From Tubiluchus corallicola (Eukaryota; Animalia; Priapulida), in assembly GCA_030141605.1 (NCBI GenBank), contig JAQGDQ010000270.1, forward strand, positions 194,284 to 201,711: a stretch of DNA of 7,428 bases, written 5' to 3'. Positions 7,193 to 7,428 of the stretch are shown in pieces. Every line of letters starts with the position of its first letter. Position 1 is the first letter of the stretch. The notes under the pieces were generated by a model. That model saw only the letters and a program-made list of their open reading frames with translations. It made no database searches and had not been told where the DNA came from. A program made the translations under genes and the position numbers.

Positions 7193-7428
7193 TTATTTTT
7201 GATTTTCAACATTCTTGATAAATTCTTGTAGTTCATATTTTAAGGTTTTAATTTTATTTTCAAAGCTATATACTTTTCTATCAAATTTTGGCCATAACTT
7301 ATCAATTTGCTTAGAAATATCCCCCTCAAGTTCTTGTAATCTATTATCAAAAGCATATGCAGTTGAATTAAAGCTTTCAATTATTTTTTCATCATTTATA
7401 GAGTTCCACCATTTATAGAACTCATATT
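7193..7428 (-). CDS. 3' end of a hypothetical protein (partial, start beyond right edge)
   Basis: Not in the ORF track. Manual translation is open from the edge to TAA at 7195-7193: ...YEFYKWWNSINDEKIIESFNSTAYAFDNRLQELEGDISKQIDKLWPKFDRKVYSFENKIKTLKYELQEFIKNVENQK*; stops just before site D like the other cassette genes. Confidence 0.75.
   Translation of the reverse strand, partial: YEFYKWWNSINDEKIIESFNSTAYAFDNRLQELEGDISKQIDKLWPKFDRKVYSFENKIKTLKYELQEFIKNVENQK

Larger units (their letters stand above)
2939..7428 (-). mobile_element. Integron-like gene cassette array (three complete cassettes plus one partial; no integrase in window)
   Basis: Single co-oriented genes alternate with attC-like sites. 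Inferred cassettes, assuming a G|TT crossover on the minus strand: 2939-4564, 4565-6035, 6036-7002, 7003->7428. Each complete cassette has complementary core ends. Confidence 0.8.

Noticed and set aside
6789-7418. Plus-strand ORFs 6789..6995, 6992..7183, 7215..7418
   Set aside because: Antisense to real genes or spanning site D; sites A-C have no equivalent ORF in the track, so a coding role is unsupported.

Overview
AT-rich, Bacteroidota-like window; all real genes are on the minus strand. The left ~2.8 kb is a four-gene operon (membrane protein, winged-helix regulator, TPR-like lipoprotein, frameshifted TonB-dependent receptor). It has a canonical Bacteroidota promoter and a repeated palindromic operator candidate. 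The right ~4.5 kb is an integron-like gene-cassette array. Single, unrelated, co-oriented genes (alkyl-sulfatase-family MBL hydrolase, a 434-aa protein with an RxxxxH motif, a DinB/MDMPI-family protein, one partial ORF) are separated by four attC-like imperfect inverted repeats, AAC-N5-stem...stem-N3-GTT. The 9-10 bp ends flanking each gene are exact reverse complements of each other, while the two ends of any one spacer share only a short core. This is the footprint of circular cassettes inserted by site-specific recombination. The site geometry differs from classical attC, and no integrase is present in the window.
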